Part shown: positions 12,060-24,314 of the stretch, piece after piece | Numbering within the stretch: position 1 is the first letter of the stretch | Layout: each line of letters opens with the position of its first letter | From: Lama glama | Taxonomy: Eukaryota | Assembly: GCA_028534125.1 (NCBI GenBank) | Contig: CM052816.1 | Span: 39,062,001-39,126,000 of the forward strand | Reading direction: 5' to 3' | Length of the DNA stretch: 64,000 nt | Notes under the pieces: model-generated | The model's input: only the letters and a program-made list of their open reading frames with translations | Databases searched by the model: none | What the model was told of the DNA's origin: nothing | Translations under genes and position numbers: made by a program

Positions 12060-13285
12060 ATATTGAGTTAAGGGATAATACAAGGATCTCTCTGTGTTAT
12101 TTTTTTCCATTGTCTGTAAACTTAAAATTATTTCAAAATTAAAGATTTAATTAAACTTAGCCCTAATAAGAGAGTCCAATAAAGATAAAGTACAAAATGA
12201 ATAAAGAAAAATCAATAGTTTACCTTTCTAGAAATAACCAGTTAGAAAATAAAAAAGAGAAATACCTCATTCATAATAGCATCAGCAACAATAAACTGCT
12301 ACCTAAGAAGCCCAATAAGTGATGTTGAATACTTAGAAAGTAAGGAGAATATTAAACTTTGCTGAAAGGATGAAAAGAAGACATAAATAAATAGGCCTGT
12401 GGTGGTCATAAAGACAGGAAAACTGCACCAAAATAAGTCAGTCCTTTTCAAATTAAGCTATGAATTCAGTCTGATTCCAATAAGAAAATCCCAAAGCGAT
12501 CAACTTAAAACAAAATAACAGAATTCGTGAATACCAAAGGTATTCTGAGAGAGTAAAGGAAAATAGATCACATTGTGAAAAATATTTACATAAAAGACAA
12601 ATATATGTACATATATTAACATGTATATCTATAAAATATTATGACAGAAGTGAGGCCAAAATACTGATCATACCAACAAATATAAATGGACTTATGAAAT
12701 TGTCTCCAAGTTGTGTTAAGTGAAAGAACCAAAGTAAAGTAAAATATGCATTGCATGCTATCATTTATATACATAAACACATTTGCTTATGCTAAAATAA
12801 AACAGTGGAAGGATAAACCATAAAATTAAAAATATTAATGTGGATAAGGGTAGCATTAGGTGTAAACAGTTGGATAGAAGGTAAAACTCTTAGGCTGTAC
12901 CTTGTAGATTTGGCGTCATTACTTCAAAGATGATATGTATTTTATGTAATTACAAAACAAATAAAACACAAATTAACTTAATTTTTGTCTAGTTGGTCGC
13001 ATAACTACAAATAGGAACTATTCCAAAAAACTGTAAGAAAGCATGATCTTACTTTACATCATTAGAGGACAAATAGAGAATAAAAATATGGGGAAAAGTT
13101 TTAATGTTTTTAATGTTGTTGTGGTGATTATTCTGAGATTATTGAATGTGTAGTGTTAGATAAAGCAAATATATAATTTTACTTTGGGAACTGGGATTTT
13201 TGGCATCAGAGAAAGTATAGTCTAGATTTAAGGTCAATAAATCTAGGATTTTAATCTGAAAGTGTAAGTGTGACCTGCTGATAAA
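12060..13285 (+). mobile_element. Ancient L1M relics (ORF2 piece and L1MC-like 3' UTR, left part)
   Basis: A-rich L1 ORF2-like aaaaatcaatagtttacctt..aaccagttagaaaat..cattcataatagca; the 3' UTR-like sequence resumes at 15184. Confidence 0.6.
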
Positions 13286-13286
13286 T

Positions 13287-13329
13287 ATATATTATATTAT
13301 ATTATATTATATTATATTATATTATATAT
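13287..13329. repeat. (ATATT)n microsatellite
   Basis: Read directly from the sequence. Confidence 0.9.
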
Positions 13330-13475
13330 ATCACAACTTTATTGTGGTATAATTTCTGTACAGTAAACTACACACATTTCAGATGTACAATTTGATGAAT
13401 TTTGATAGATGTATACACATATAGAACAACCACAGAAATCAAGATAGCTAACATTTCCATCACTCCCCAAGAGGT
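13330..13475 (-). mobile_element. Old L1M 3' end fragment
   Basis: aactttattgtggtataattt..tgtacaatttgatgaattttga..aacatttccatcactcc. Confidence 0.7.
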
Positions 13476-13479
13476 GCAA

Positions 13480-15183
13480 TTTTTGAGTTCCCAATCCCTT
13501 TAGCCCCTGGTAACCATAAGTTTGTTTTCTATGTCTGTGAGTCTATTCTGTTTTGTAGATAAATTCATTTGTGTCCTTTTTTTTTTAGATTCCACATATA
13601 AGTGACACTATGGGGCATTTTTCTTTCTCTTTCTGGCTTACTTCACTTAGGATAACAATCTCCAGATCCATCCATGTTGCTGCAAATGGCATTATTTTAT
13701 TCTTTTTAATGGCTGAGTCAGTATTCTAGTGACTAGTGGAATATATATACTACTAGTGTATGTATATGCGTGTGTGTATGTGTGTATATATAACAACTTC
13801 TTTATCCAGTCATCTGTCAACGGACATTTATGTTGTTTCCATGTCTTGGCTATTGTGAATAGTGCTGCTGTGAACACTGGGGTGCATGTGTCTTTTTGAA
13901 TTATATTTTTCTCCAGATATATGCTCAGGAGTGGGCTTGCTGGACCATATAGTAAGTTTAATTTTAGTTTTTTAAGGAACCTCCATTACTGTCCTTCATA
14001 ATGGCTGTACACCAATTTACATTCTCACCACCAGTGTAGGAGAGTTTCTCTTTCTCCACACCATCTCCAGCATTTATTGTTTGTGGACTTTTTAATCATG
14101 ACCATTCTGACTAGTGTGAGGTGATACCTCATTGTAGTTTTGATTTGCATTTCTCTAACAATTAGCGATGTTGAGCATCTTTTCATGTACTTGTTGGCCA
14201 CCTGTATGTCTTCTTTGAAGAGATATCTATTTAGGCGATATTAAGTATTTTTCATGTGCCTATTGGCCATCTGGATGTCTTCTTTGGAGATATGTCCATT
14301 TAGGTCTTCTGCCCATTTTTTGATTGGGTTGCTTGTTTTTTTGATATTAAGCTGTATGAGCTGTTTGTATATTTTGAAAATTAGTCCCTTGTCAGTCACA
14401 TCATTTGCTAATATTTTCTCCTATTCTGTAGGTTGTCTTTTCGTTTTGTTGATGGTACCCTTAGCTGTGCAAAAGCTTTTAAGTTTAATTAGGTCCCATT
14501 TGTTTATTTTTGCTTTCATTTCCCTTACTCTAGGAGTAATGGTGCTAATGACCCAAACAAGATGTCAGCCTCCAGGGAAGCTCATGTAGATGAACACTCC
14601 CTGAATGTCAGCCACAAGCTTTTATGTCCCCTGGGTGAGCCACAGCCATCCCCTGTGTCCCCAGGAGACCTACCAAAACCAGCAGGCAGGTCTGGCCCAA
14701 GTTCCTATGAAATCATTACCTCTGCCTTTGGACCCAGCGCACATGAGATTCTGTGTATGCTTCTCAAGAGGGTGAAGGCTGTTTTCCCCAGTCATGTGGA
14801 GATCCTGGAGTTAAGCCCCTCTGGCCTTCAAAACCAGATGTTCTGGGGTCTCCTCCTCCCAGTGCCGGAACCCCAGGCTGGGGAGCCAGACGTGGGGCTC
14901 AGAACTGTCACTCCTGTGGGAGGGCCTCTGCAACTTAATTATTCTTTAGCTTGGAGGTCACCCACCCAGGGGTATGTGGCCCGATTATGTTGCAAGAACG
15001 CCCCTCCTACCGTCCTGCTGTGGTTCCCTCTTTATATTTCCAGTTGAAGAAGATCTTTTTTGCTAGGTTCCTGTCTTTTTCGCCAGTGGCTGTTTAGTAG
15101 TCAGTAGTGATTTTGTTGTAGTTGTGAGGGCAGGGGAGCTCATGCGTGGTCCTTCTACTCCACCATCTTTACAGGAAATCCCC
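13480..15183 (-). mobile_element. Internally deleted L1: 5' UTR (14537-15183) fused to ORF2 3' end and partial 3' UTR (13480-14536)
   Basis: The reverse complement of the right end (gggatttcctgtaaagatggtggagtagaaggac) matches the L1 start at 31448; the left part aligns by eye to the L1s at 4891 and 53156 (MFTAALFTIAKTWKQ). Confidence 0.85.
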
Positions 15184-15520
15184 TATTTTTGTTAAAAAAA
15201 AATTTCTAACTCTGTCCACCACAAACCTATAAAAACAATGACTATCCAAGTAACAATAAATTTTTCTAGTGCCCCAGATTGTGGTTTCTAAATGAATTTT
15301 TCCATCAAAAGGAAACAGAGCACCTGGGAGAAATGGCAAATTCCAATTCTGGGTCAGAAAATGTATAAATTGAGTTTATAACTTCCTGCTACACTAGCAA
15401 AAATGATGTAAAAGATCAATCTGATCATATCTAAAGAACTAAAGAAATCACCTGAATAGGTTTCCATTGGTCAAAGAAGGCACAGTAATGATCCAGAACA
15501 CAACAAATATGTGTTTATAT
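15184..15520 (+). mobile_element. L1MC-like 3' UTR, right part
   Basis: ctaactctgtccac..gccccagattgtggtttctaaat..aaaaggaaacagagcacctgggagaaatggc, typical of L1MC3/4 3' UTRs. Confidence 0.65.
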
Positions 15521-15929
15521 GTTATTATTAATTAATATATTATTAATTAATTAGTATATCATTCACCATCCATTTACAGTGACAATTTTCTAGCCAGTTT
15601 ATTCCTCAGTGTTTCTGCATCTTTCCCGACATTTAAATTGTGTTCTTAATTTTAATTGAAGTTTACCATATCCTTTCTAGTGAAAAGAGAAATATTTAAT
15701 ACTTTCTTTCACTAATTTGTAACCTACAGTTATCCCTCAGTCAGAATCAAACTGATTCTCAAATAGAATCTTGCTGTCTTTGCCTATTTTTCTGCAGAAT
15801 ACTTGAGTTTCTTTTTCAGTGAACTTCTTCAGAAATGTGCAAGCACATGTACACAAAACTTTCACTGTGTCATTTGTGCAGGAATATAATCGGTTATGTA
15901 ATCAGCCTTTCCTTAGGTCCCCAAACAAG

Positions 15930-15948
15930 CGCCCTCCAGGTGGTGCTA
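15930..15948 (+). promoter_or_regulatory. CTCF core motif (forward orientation)
   Basis: cgcCCTCCAGGTGGTGCTA versus consensus CCACCAGGGGGCGCTA; motif only. Confidence 0.45.
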
Positions 15949-18704
15949 GAGCGTTCTGCATACTGCTATGTAGTAGTGGCCTTTTGGGGGACTACTACTA
16001 CTATAAAATGCCAGATAGATAGCTATTGGCCTAAACTCTTTAACAATAAAGAAGGAGTTAACCCAAGGATATACCATTATTTAAGAAGCTAATGTTAGCC
16101 TTTAATAACCTTAAGAAGATGGTTATAAGTAAGCCTGGCTAAATTCCCTAAAAATTTAGAACTAATATAGTTCTATTTTGGAAAAGGAATCTAGAAGAAT
16201 ATAGATCAAGATTTCCCTAATTTATTTATCAAACTAAGCATGGTGAATATCTCCCAGAATTCCTGAGAGATCTGAGGTATGTCCATTCTTTGAAACTCCT
16301 GGTGTCTTAAAAATGAAGAGCTACTAAAACTGGGTAATTGACAACATTGTGCTATGCTTTACAGGCTTGTATGGATCAAATGCAGGCTTTTAACACAAAA
16401 ACAATTCTCCAACTCCGCATATAAAAACTTTGATGATAAATGGCACAGGCGGACATCTGAGGCTCTGTGTTGACTGTGAAGTCCCATGGTGGTCCCTAGC
16501 ATGTGCTTCACCAGGAAGCCTAGGACACAGGTTTACTCTTATTTTGCTGCTTACTTTAGAATATGTCCACAGGCAAGGACTCCAGTCTCTCTTGCATTCA
16601 GCTGCTACAGCAGTGCACTTGGAATAAAATACTTATGCCTGAAAGGAGCTGAATCATATCATGTCCTCCACTCAAAAAATGTGTGATGTAGAGTCATTCT
16701 TCTACAAAGGCCCTTGGTTCTGCTCCTCGGGAGATCTCTCACCCTGGGTGTGGTCTCTCATCACCTTAGTTTGTCCCTCCCTCTTCATCACCTCTGAGTT
16801 CTGCAGTCTGGCCGAGGCCTTCCCAAACTGTGTGAAGGGGCAGACCACTTGGTCTTTCATTCAGCATCTCCTGAAAATCCTTGGGAAAAATCTGTCTCCT
16901 GAGTATACCTATGAAGGAAGGTCCCAGGGAACTTAGCATTTCTCCTCAGGTTTCCATCCAAATGACTAAGAAAACGATATAAAGCCATTCTAATTTAATT
17001 GATGTTTCAAGAAAAAAATTTAAAATTTCTTCAGCACAAGGCATTGATGCTCCCAGTTTTTGTTTTTGCTTTTTGCCTATTCATGCCATTTATGAGCAAT
17101 ATAGTTAGGAAAGCAAGTTAATCACCATATTTAAAGAGTTGACCTTAAAATATAGCATTTAGAATAAAAGTAATTTGATTCTACAAATTAGAATAAAATA
17201 TTTTATAAAGGATTTTCAGCAATGATGACTACCACTACTACCTTGAAAATTTTCACCATGTTTCTAAAGGTCTTAGAAATACGCAACCAATAAGCCACAA
17301 AAGTTAACCTCATTAGCTTAAAGTCCCTTTGGCCAATCATTTCCTGAGGGGATAAGAGAGTTTCTAAGGGCACCACAGAAGCCTTTGTTACAAACAGTAT
17401 TAAGCACTGATTTAGAGATGTTCTGCGGTTAAGATATTAAACTAAATTAAAATGATTGATACCTGTTTTAGATAAATAATTGGATACAATCTATGATCAG
17501 TGACACATTTTTTCCAATCTAGAATAAATTTTAGGGTCTGCATTTCATACTATAATAATGTCAAGAAATATTTTTTTCTTCTACTTCTGGTTTGCCAGGG
17601 TATATAGACACAGAGGAAAGTACAGCCGTCCTTGTTTGTTTAAGTAACCCTAGAAACCCTATGCCATCACAAAATTCAAGTTCTGTCCACAATGAAGGAG
17701 GTAGGACTTATATATATATAGGATTTATATATAGCATTCTAACCTCCTACAAACAAAGAGTTTAGATATTTTTAGATGTTGTTTTGTTAACTAGTTCTTT
17801 TTCAATGACAAGGAGAGTTATACACATTTAAAATATAATTTTTACAATAAATAAAATTTAAGCTAAATCTTTGGACATATTCATAATAACTTCCTTAGAA
17901 TAAATTTTAGAAGTATGTGTATTTTAGTCAATAAATACAAATGAATGAAGCATGCTCCCAAAAACTTTAGTCATTTTATGTTTCATCTAGATTGCATGAG
18001 ACAATCATTTCCCTGGACAAAGGGTGGGCATTTTTGGACATATTTATTTGGCATATTTATCTGGACAATATATAAAAATAATAGAGCTTTAAAATAGATG
18101 GGATGATTTCCCATTATTAATAATGTATTGCACAGTGAGGAAGAAAGATATGTTGAAGAGTATGCAGTGCACTCAGAGGACATGCTAATGACTAGAAAGA
18201 ATTTATATGAAACTAAAGGGGAGAAAAAAATCACACATTTTAATAGATGTACATTATATTGTAACCGCATACAAAGAGATAATAGTACTCCTTACTTTGT
18301 TTTGTGTATACATGTGTACTTTTTAACAGATGAAATAACCTCCGTTAAATACTGTAAACAAGATATACTGGGGGAAATAAAGATTTGCTGCTTACTTCAG
18401 AGCTATGAAAATGAAGAAATTTCATCAGTGGTTATTTTCTGGTTCTGTATGAGGGGAATAAACCAGATTTTGGACTATAAACACTGGATTGTGTTAATGT
18501 GAAGAGAATAGCACAATAAGTATATGTGCAGCTCTAGTATAGACTGCATTTTAGTTTTAGTTTGCTTTATATACTTGCCTTTACTTATTCAGAGCTCAAT
18601 GTTGATAAACTAGAAAATCTTTCTCATTATCTTAATTTGACATAAATCAGTACTTAGCTCATTTTCCAATTCTTATTCCATTGAAATAAGTATGGGAGTT
18701 GTGT

Positions 18705-18910
18705 GATGTGAGGCAATAAAAAGAACACAGGGGTTTAGAATCAGAAAGACTTGGGTTTGAAATCTGACCCTGACATTTATTAACTATGTAAATTTGGTCA
18801 ATTTCATATGTAAAATTGCTCATTTGTACCTATTATATTACCATAATTTGTTTATAAATGAGAGCGGGTAAAGATGTATGGAATTTAAATTGCTGCAAAA
18901 CTACTATGTT
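18705..18910 (+). mobile_element. MIR SINE fragment
   Basis: aagaacacaggggtttagaatcagaaagacttgggtttgaaatctgaccctgacatttattaactatgt. Confidence 0.65.
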
Positions 18911-18944
18911 ATTCAAGGTAGAATAACTGATATAAATAGAAAAA

Positions 18945-19250
18945 ATTTTCTGTGAATTAATACAAGCTTATTTCTTGGTTATGTCACAGATGTAACTCAT
19001 TGGGTCAAGGGAACATTTATCGGCTCTTCCATCCCCTAGGACATCAGAGTCCTCTGCTGGCTGAGAGACAGAACAGAGAGAGCACGAAGAATCACATTGG
19101 AGGCTCTTGGGCTAGGACAGGATGCTGCATAAGTCACGTGCATCCCCATGCCAATGGCCAAAATTCAATCATATACGCAAGTAGGATAGCTGTGTGCTCA
19201 ATAAAAAGAAGAAAAAATTTTCGTGGCCATCTAGCCAGGCTCTGCTCACT
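18945..19250 (-). mobile_element. MLT1-type LTR fragment
   Basis: atccccatgccaatggccaaaattcaatcat..agctgtgtgctcaataaaaagaaga, typical of old MLT1 (I/J-like) in reverse. Confidence 0.5.
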
Positions 19251-19419
19251 GACCCAAGTGACCAGAGTCAGTTTAACTGAGCTAAGTAATCTACACCAAC
19301 TGACTAGAGCCAGTTTAGCTTTTCACAAACATTAGGTGTTTTTTGTTTGTTTGGTTTAAATAGACATCAGGAGCCTGTAATCATGTGATGTCTACAGGCT
19401 TCTATCCTTGTTATTCTTA

Positions 19420-20755
19420 TCTTTGTTTTCCTGTAGTTAGTATGTCTTCTCTCTGGCTGTTTAAAATTTTTCTTTACATTAACTCGTTTTCAAAAGTTTG
19501 ATTGTGATGTTCCCGGGTGTTATTTTTTTTTTTAATTTTATCCTATTTGGGGTTTGTTAAGCTTCTTGGATCTGTAGATTTATAGTTTTCATTAAACCTA
19601 GACATTTTGGTTCATTGTTGCTTCAAATGATTTTTAATTGATCCTTTTTTTCTCTACTTCCAGGGCTACCAATATATGTACGTTAGACTGCGTGGTCATT
19701 GATACTCTGCTTTTTTCCAGTATTTTCCCTTTCCTTCATTTTGGATATTTTCTATTGCTACATCTTTTAGTTCACTTATCTTACTACTGTAGGTCTAAAC
19801 GGCTATTAGTCCTTTTCAGTTAAATTTTCATTTTAGATATTAAACTTGTACCTCTAGAACTCCATATGGTTCTTTTTAACAAATTTTATATTTATCTCCT
19901 CATTATATTAATGTTTTTCTTTAAACACTTAAAGATAGTTGTAACAGCTATTTTGACGTCTTTGCCTTCAAAATTTATCTTCTCTGTTGTTTGTGTAACT
20001 GTTTCTTTGATTTTTCTTCTGGATATGGGTCATGTGTTCCTGCTTCCTGGATTATCCAGTAATTTTTTGAATTTACAGGAAATTTTGAATTTTTCATTAT
20101 TGAATGTTTAGATTTTGTTGTCTTCCTTTAAAGAAAGCTGGAGTTTTGTTTTCAAAGGTAGTTAATTTAGTTCAGTTTAATTTGACCCATTCATGGCTTA
20201 TTTTTAAGCTTTGTTTAGATGTATCTAGGATTGCCCTTGTCCTAGAATAATTTAGTCCCACTAGTAAGGAAGTGACCTTCTGGATCTTTACTGAATGTCC
20301 CAAGGATCCACACCCTTTGTAGTTGGAACTCAAACATCTCTCAGTCCTGAGTGAGTTTTAGAAAAATTCAAGTCATAGATCTGTAGCTTCTCTTTTCCAG
20401 CCTTTGCAGATTTCTTGGGTTTTCTGTGTAGCTCTTTTTTCTCCGGAGCTGTGCCCTGCAATTTCCAGCTGCCTCATTACTGAACTCTGATATTTGGTTT
20501 CTTGAATGAGCGAGCTGATTGCCTTGCTTGATATCCCCCTTTCTGCTCCAGTGTTCAGAATATCCCTCTGAAAAAAAGCTGGTCTATTATAGGACTTAAC
20601 TCATTTGTTTTCTTTTTCTCAGAGATCATATTTCTATGTTGCCTGTAGTCCAATGACTGAAAATCTTTAATATATGTTTCTCTAGTTTTCTAGTTGTTTA
20701 TGGTAGAATGATAATTAAGTCCCTGTCACATCATCATGGCCAGAAGTGGACATCT
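19420..20755 (-). mobile_element. Ancient L1ME-like 5' end/ORF1 relic
   Basis: T-rich reverse L1 ORF1 pattern (gggtttgttaagcttcttggatctgtaga) ending in catcatggccagaagtgga, typical of old L1M 5' termini. Confidence 0.65.
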
Positions 20756-20798
20756 CAGTTCAGTCATTTTTGTGCCCATTATCTGAAGTATAGTATTA

Positions 20799-20894
20799 TT
20801 TATTTATTTGTTTGTTTGTTTGTTTGTTTATTGGTAACCCAGGACCTCGTGCATGCTAAGCATGCACTCTACTACTTGAGCTATACCCTCCCCC
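20799..20894 (-). mobile_element. tRNA-Ala(AGC)-derived SINE, camelid Vic-1 type, B-box deleted
   Basis: Minus strand ggggagggtatagctcaagtagtagagtgcatgcttagcatgcacgaggtcctgggtt followed by an (AAAC/AAAT)n tail; perfect 17-bp TSD tctgaagtatagtatta (20782-20798, 20895-20911). Confidence 0.85.
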
Positions 20895-21869
20895 TCTGAA
20901 GTATAGTATTAATGTTTGCATTTTTAAGTTAAGATTTCTTTGTCTTTGAGGGCAGTCAACATATTACTCTTTAGTGCATAGTATATGTGTATACACTAAA
21001 CAAAAAAACACTATACATGAGAGATTTGTCTGTTTAAATCATTCTTTCATATAAACTCCCTTTCCAACATATTCTTAATGTTCTCACTTTTTAAAATTCC
21101 GACTCTAATCCTTTTCTTTCTGCTCATTTTCTGGTTAAGAGATGACATGGGTAATCAAGACCTTCCTTAAAAATCAATAATTATAAATTTAAGACAGCCT
21201 TCTTCTGGGTGCTGTGGTTACAAATAATGATGAATGCACACAATTGCAGCTTCCAGAATAGAGTATTTGCTTGTTTCACACACTAACCCCAACAGCAGTC
21301 ATTGTGGTCAATTAGTGTTGATGCAATTCTTGTCGGTCATTAAGGGGACTGATAAAAACCAAACCAGATGTGCAGATGATTTTCTGTCTACTGAGTGCTT
21401 TTAGATACTCCTCCAGTCCTTAGTTCATAATATATCCTCCTTTAGAGTATTATGTTAAATGAACTAGGTTATTGGTATTTTTAATTAGTTTATATGTTGA
21501 AATGTTTAGCTCTAATTCTCTTTTTTTAATTGATACTATGTATGTGTGCATATGCAATAGGGCAGGTGCTTGTTTCTGGGGAAAATAGATAAGTGGATTA
21601 TTAAATATGTTTTATTTAATGGACTTAAATCTTTAAAAATATGTATTCCATATGTTCTGATTATGACGTTCTGGTGGAGATAGATTTATCTTATGCAAAC
21701 AAAGATTTGCTAGATTAAGTTTATTTCTTTATATTCCATCTACTTCCCAAAGATTTGAGGTAACTAATGTCAGGTATAAGATTATGCAAATGCTTTTTTA
21801 ATTCACTGATCCTGTCATTAATTTTCATTTCTTTTTTTCCTTTCTAATGAGAGAATACATGAACAAAAA

Positions 21870-22350
21870 GCAATAATTCTACTAGCATCCATTAAGTGCT
21901 AGTGTGTGGTAGGAACTGCTTTATATGGTGGGAAGTTAGCAGTGAATAAGAGACAAGATTTTTGCTCTCATGAAGCTCATATTCTATTGGCAGGCGATAG
22001 AAAAGGAAGAAGCAAGAAAGCACATGAGCAAATAAGAAATTAAAATAGCAATAAGGAACATAATATAAAATAAAATTGGGTGAGATGTCAAAGTTACTTC
22101 TCTAGAAGGTAAATACTGGTTAAGGAAGTGAAAATTACGCTGAAGTGTAGATGACAAGAAGTCAGGTATGTGAAGTTAGGTGCAGGAAAAGCTAATGCAA
22201 AGACCCCAAGGCAGGTATGTTCTAATAACAACCACCATCCCTCTCTGCAGGCAAAAAGAGGAAAAGAAAGTAAAAAAGTTAGTGTGGCTGGGTGGAGCAT
22301 TGTGGGACAAGGTGGTGAAAGCAGGGACCAGATCATGTGAGACTTTGAAA
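21870..22350 (-). mobile_element. L2 LINE relic
   Basis: agcagtgaataagagaca..ctctcatgaagctcatattctattgg..aatgcaaagaccccaaggcagg..gaccagatcatgt. Confidence 0.65.
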
Positions 22351-23959
22351 TCTCTCATTCACAACATTCTTCTGGACAGTTGTACAGTTTAGAAAACACT
22401 TTATTTTTAGGATAAGTAGTGTGAAGCTTTGACTTTTCTTTATGAGATTCATGGGTATCATTTTCCTCTTACGGCTGCATTTTCTTGGGTTGTTAATCTA
22501 CATCAAATTTTGAATGTCTGGAAACTCTGTGACCTGATGAACACGTTTATATGTCTTTTCCAGTCACTTCTTGGCTCATTTGCATCTGGTAGAAGGTGGT
22601 GGGCATTGGACAGCCATGCACCATTCTAATAGTGATTATCCTAATCAGCTTTCACATTGGGTTGAAAGGTTTGTGATGAGTGACTCCAGTTTGTTAGCTA
22701 TAATCAGAGTTTGGCTCTTGTACTTTAATGAATGCATACCCAGCTCGTTTTTATGCATATTACATATGCCTATTTTCAGTTCTAAGCTTCTAAAGGATTG
22801 GGACAGTTGAGCCCTAACTAATACATTAGCGTTGTTGCCATGATGTTAAGTGTGAAGACCTTATTACATTGCAGCTGATGATGAAAAGCAGAGATGGTCA
22901 AAATTCCAGCAAGTGTAACACCAGCCATAAATGATTCTATATTAAGAAAGTGTTTTTTTCCCCCGGAACAACTATGAATGGAGAAAATGAAACATATTTT
23001 TGTGTCCATCTGTTTATGGCACAGCATAGAAAAATATTTTAAAGTGATTTGAGGACTAGTTTCTGGGACTCCTCCACAGTGTTTCATGTGTTTCATAATT
23101 TGGCAGCCATTTGGAACACTTTGGATGCAATTGGCTTAAGTAGCTCATTTATATTGGTTCTAGAATATTCAAATATCATTCCAAAGGGTAACATTCTATT
23201 CCTGCAGGCTTACTTCATAACCTCTGTTGTTAATGCAAAGAAACAAACTCCCACGCACAGACAGACCCTTATGAGCTATTTGCTTTATCATGCTCTGAAG
23301 TCTGTGTTAATTTTTTTCCCTCGCAGCTGACAAAACAGACAACTTTGTATTGATGATGTGAACAATTAAAGCAATAAGTGAAATTAGAATATTTGAAAGA
23401 AATGTCACCTCCTGGATAAAACCATTAGCAAGGCTTTCATAAAATCTTCAGTCTATCAACACCATGGAAGATTGGACAAGAGTCCTGTAAATTGAATCCC
23501 TCATTCCCAGCTGCCAAAAGGTAAATATTGCCTCAAGAAAATGTATTTAAAAATTTACAAGGGCAGCCATGCTTCTAAGACTCCTCTTAAGTAATTCAGC
23601 ACAAGTGTAAAAGTTCACAGTCTGGCTCTGTCAAGAGTCCTCATTTTCAAAACTTACTTTATTCCTCTGTGCAGAAGGAACAAAAATGCTTTCAAAAGGT
23701 TTATCTGTGAAGGAATCAAAAATGTCTTTGAGAGGATTTTTATTTAACTTTTTGAGATTACCGCTCATAGCTGTAATTGGGCAAATGTTCCTTTTCCCTA
23801 AATACTTCATCACCTTTCTCAGATTATGAAAAGTGAGTTTGAAATAGATCTTATTTGTGAACTTGGTTACCTTTCTCTAGTGTTAAGAGCAAGTTTATGT
23901 GACAACAACTGGCTGAGGCTCTAGGTATAGATTTATCCAAGAAAGCTAAAAGCAGTTAA

Positions 23960-24085
23960 AGGATATTTATTGATTTCCTATTACGAGCTTGGCATGATGA
24001 ACAAGATGATATTCCTTCCCTCAAGTAGTTTATCATGTACTGAGGGATTGGAGCACGTAAAAGGAAAATCCAATCCAATCAATCT

Positions 24086-24121
<36 letters not shown>

Positions 24122-24290
24122 GCAAAGGGAAGGCTTTCTGAAGGAAGAATTTCTAAGCTAAGATCTAAATGATACTTAGAGTTTGGCCAAAAGGAAGGGT
24201 GTCTCAGGTAAGGAGACCAGCGTATGCAAAGGTCTGGGTCTGAGAGGACATGGTCCATTCTGAGAACTGAGAGTAGTTCAGAATGACTGC
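23960..24290 (-). mobile_element. L2 LINE relic with embedded (GT)n (24089-24120)
   Basis: atttattga..ccttccctcaagtagtttat..gggaaggctttctgaagga..cagcgtatgcaaaggtctg. Confidence 0.6.
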
Positions 24291-24314
24291 GTCATCAACT
24301 GTGCTTTGTCGAGA

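Noticed and set aside
20830..20894. Functional tRNA-Ala gene
   Set aside because: No T-arm/B box or 3' acceptor stem; has an A-rich tail and TSD, so it is a retroposed copy.
22860..22980. C/D-box snoRNA (ATGATGA)
   Set aside because: No appropriately placed CTGA D box or terminal stem seen.
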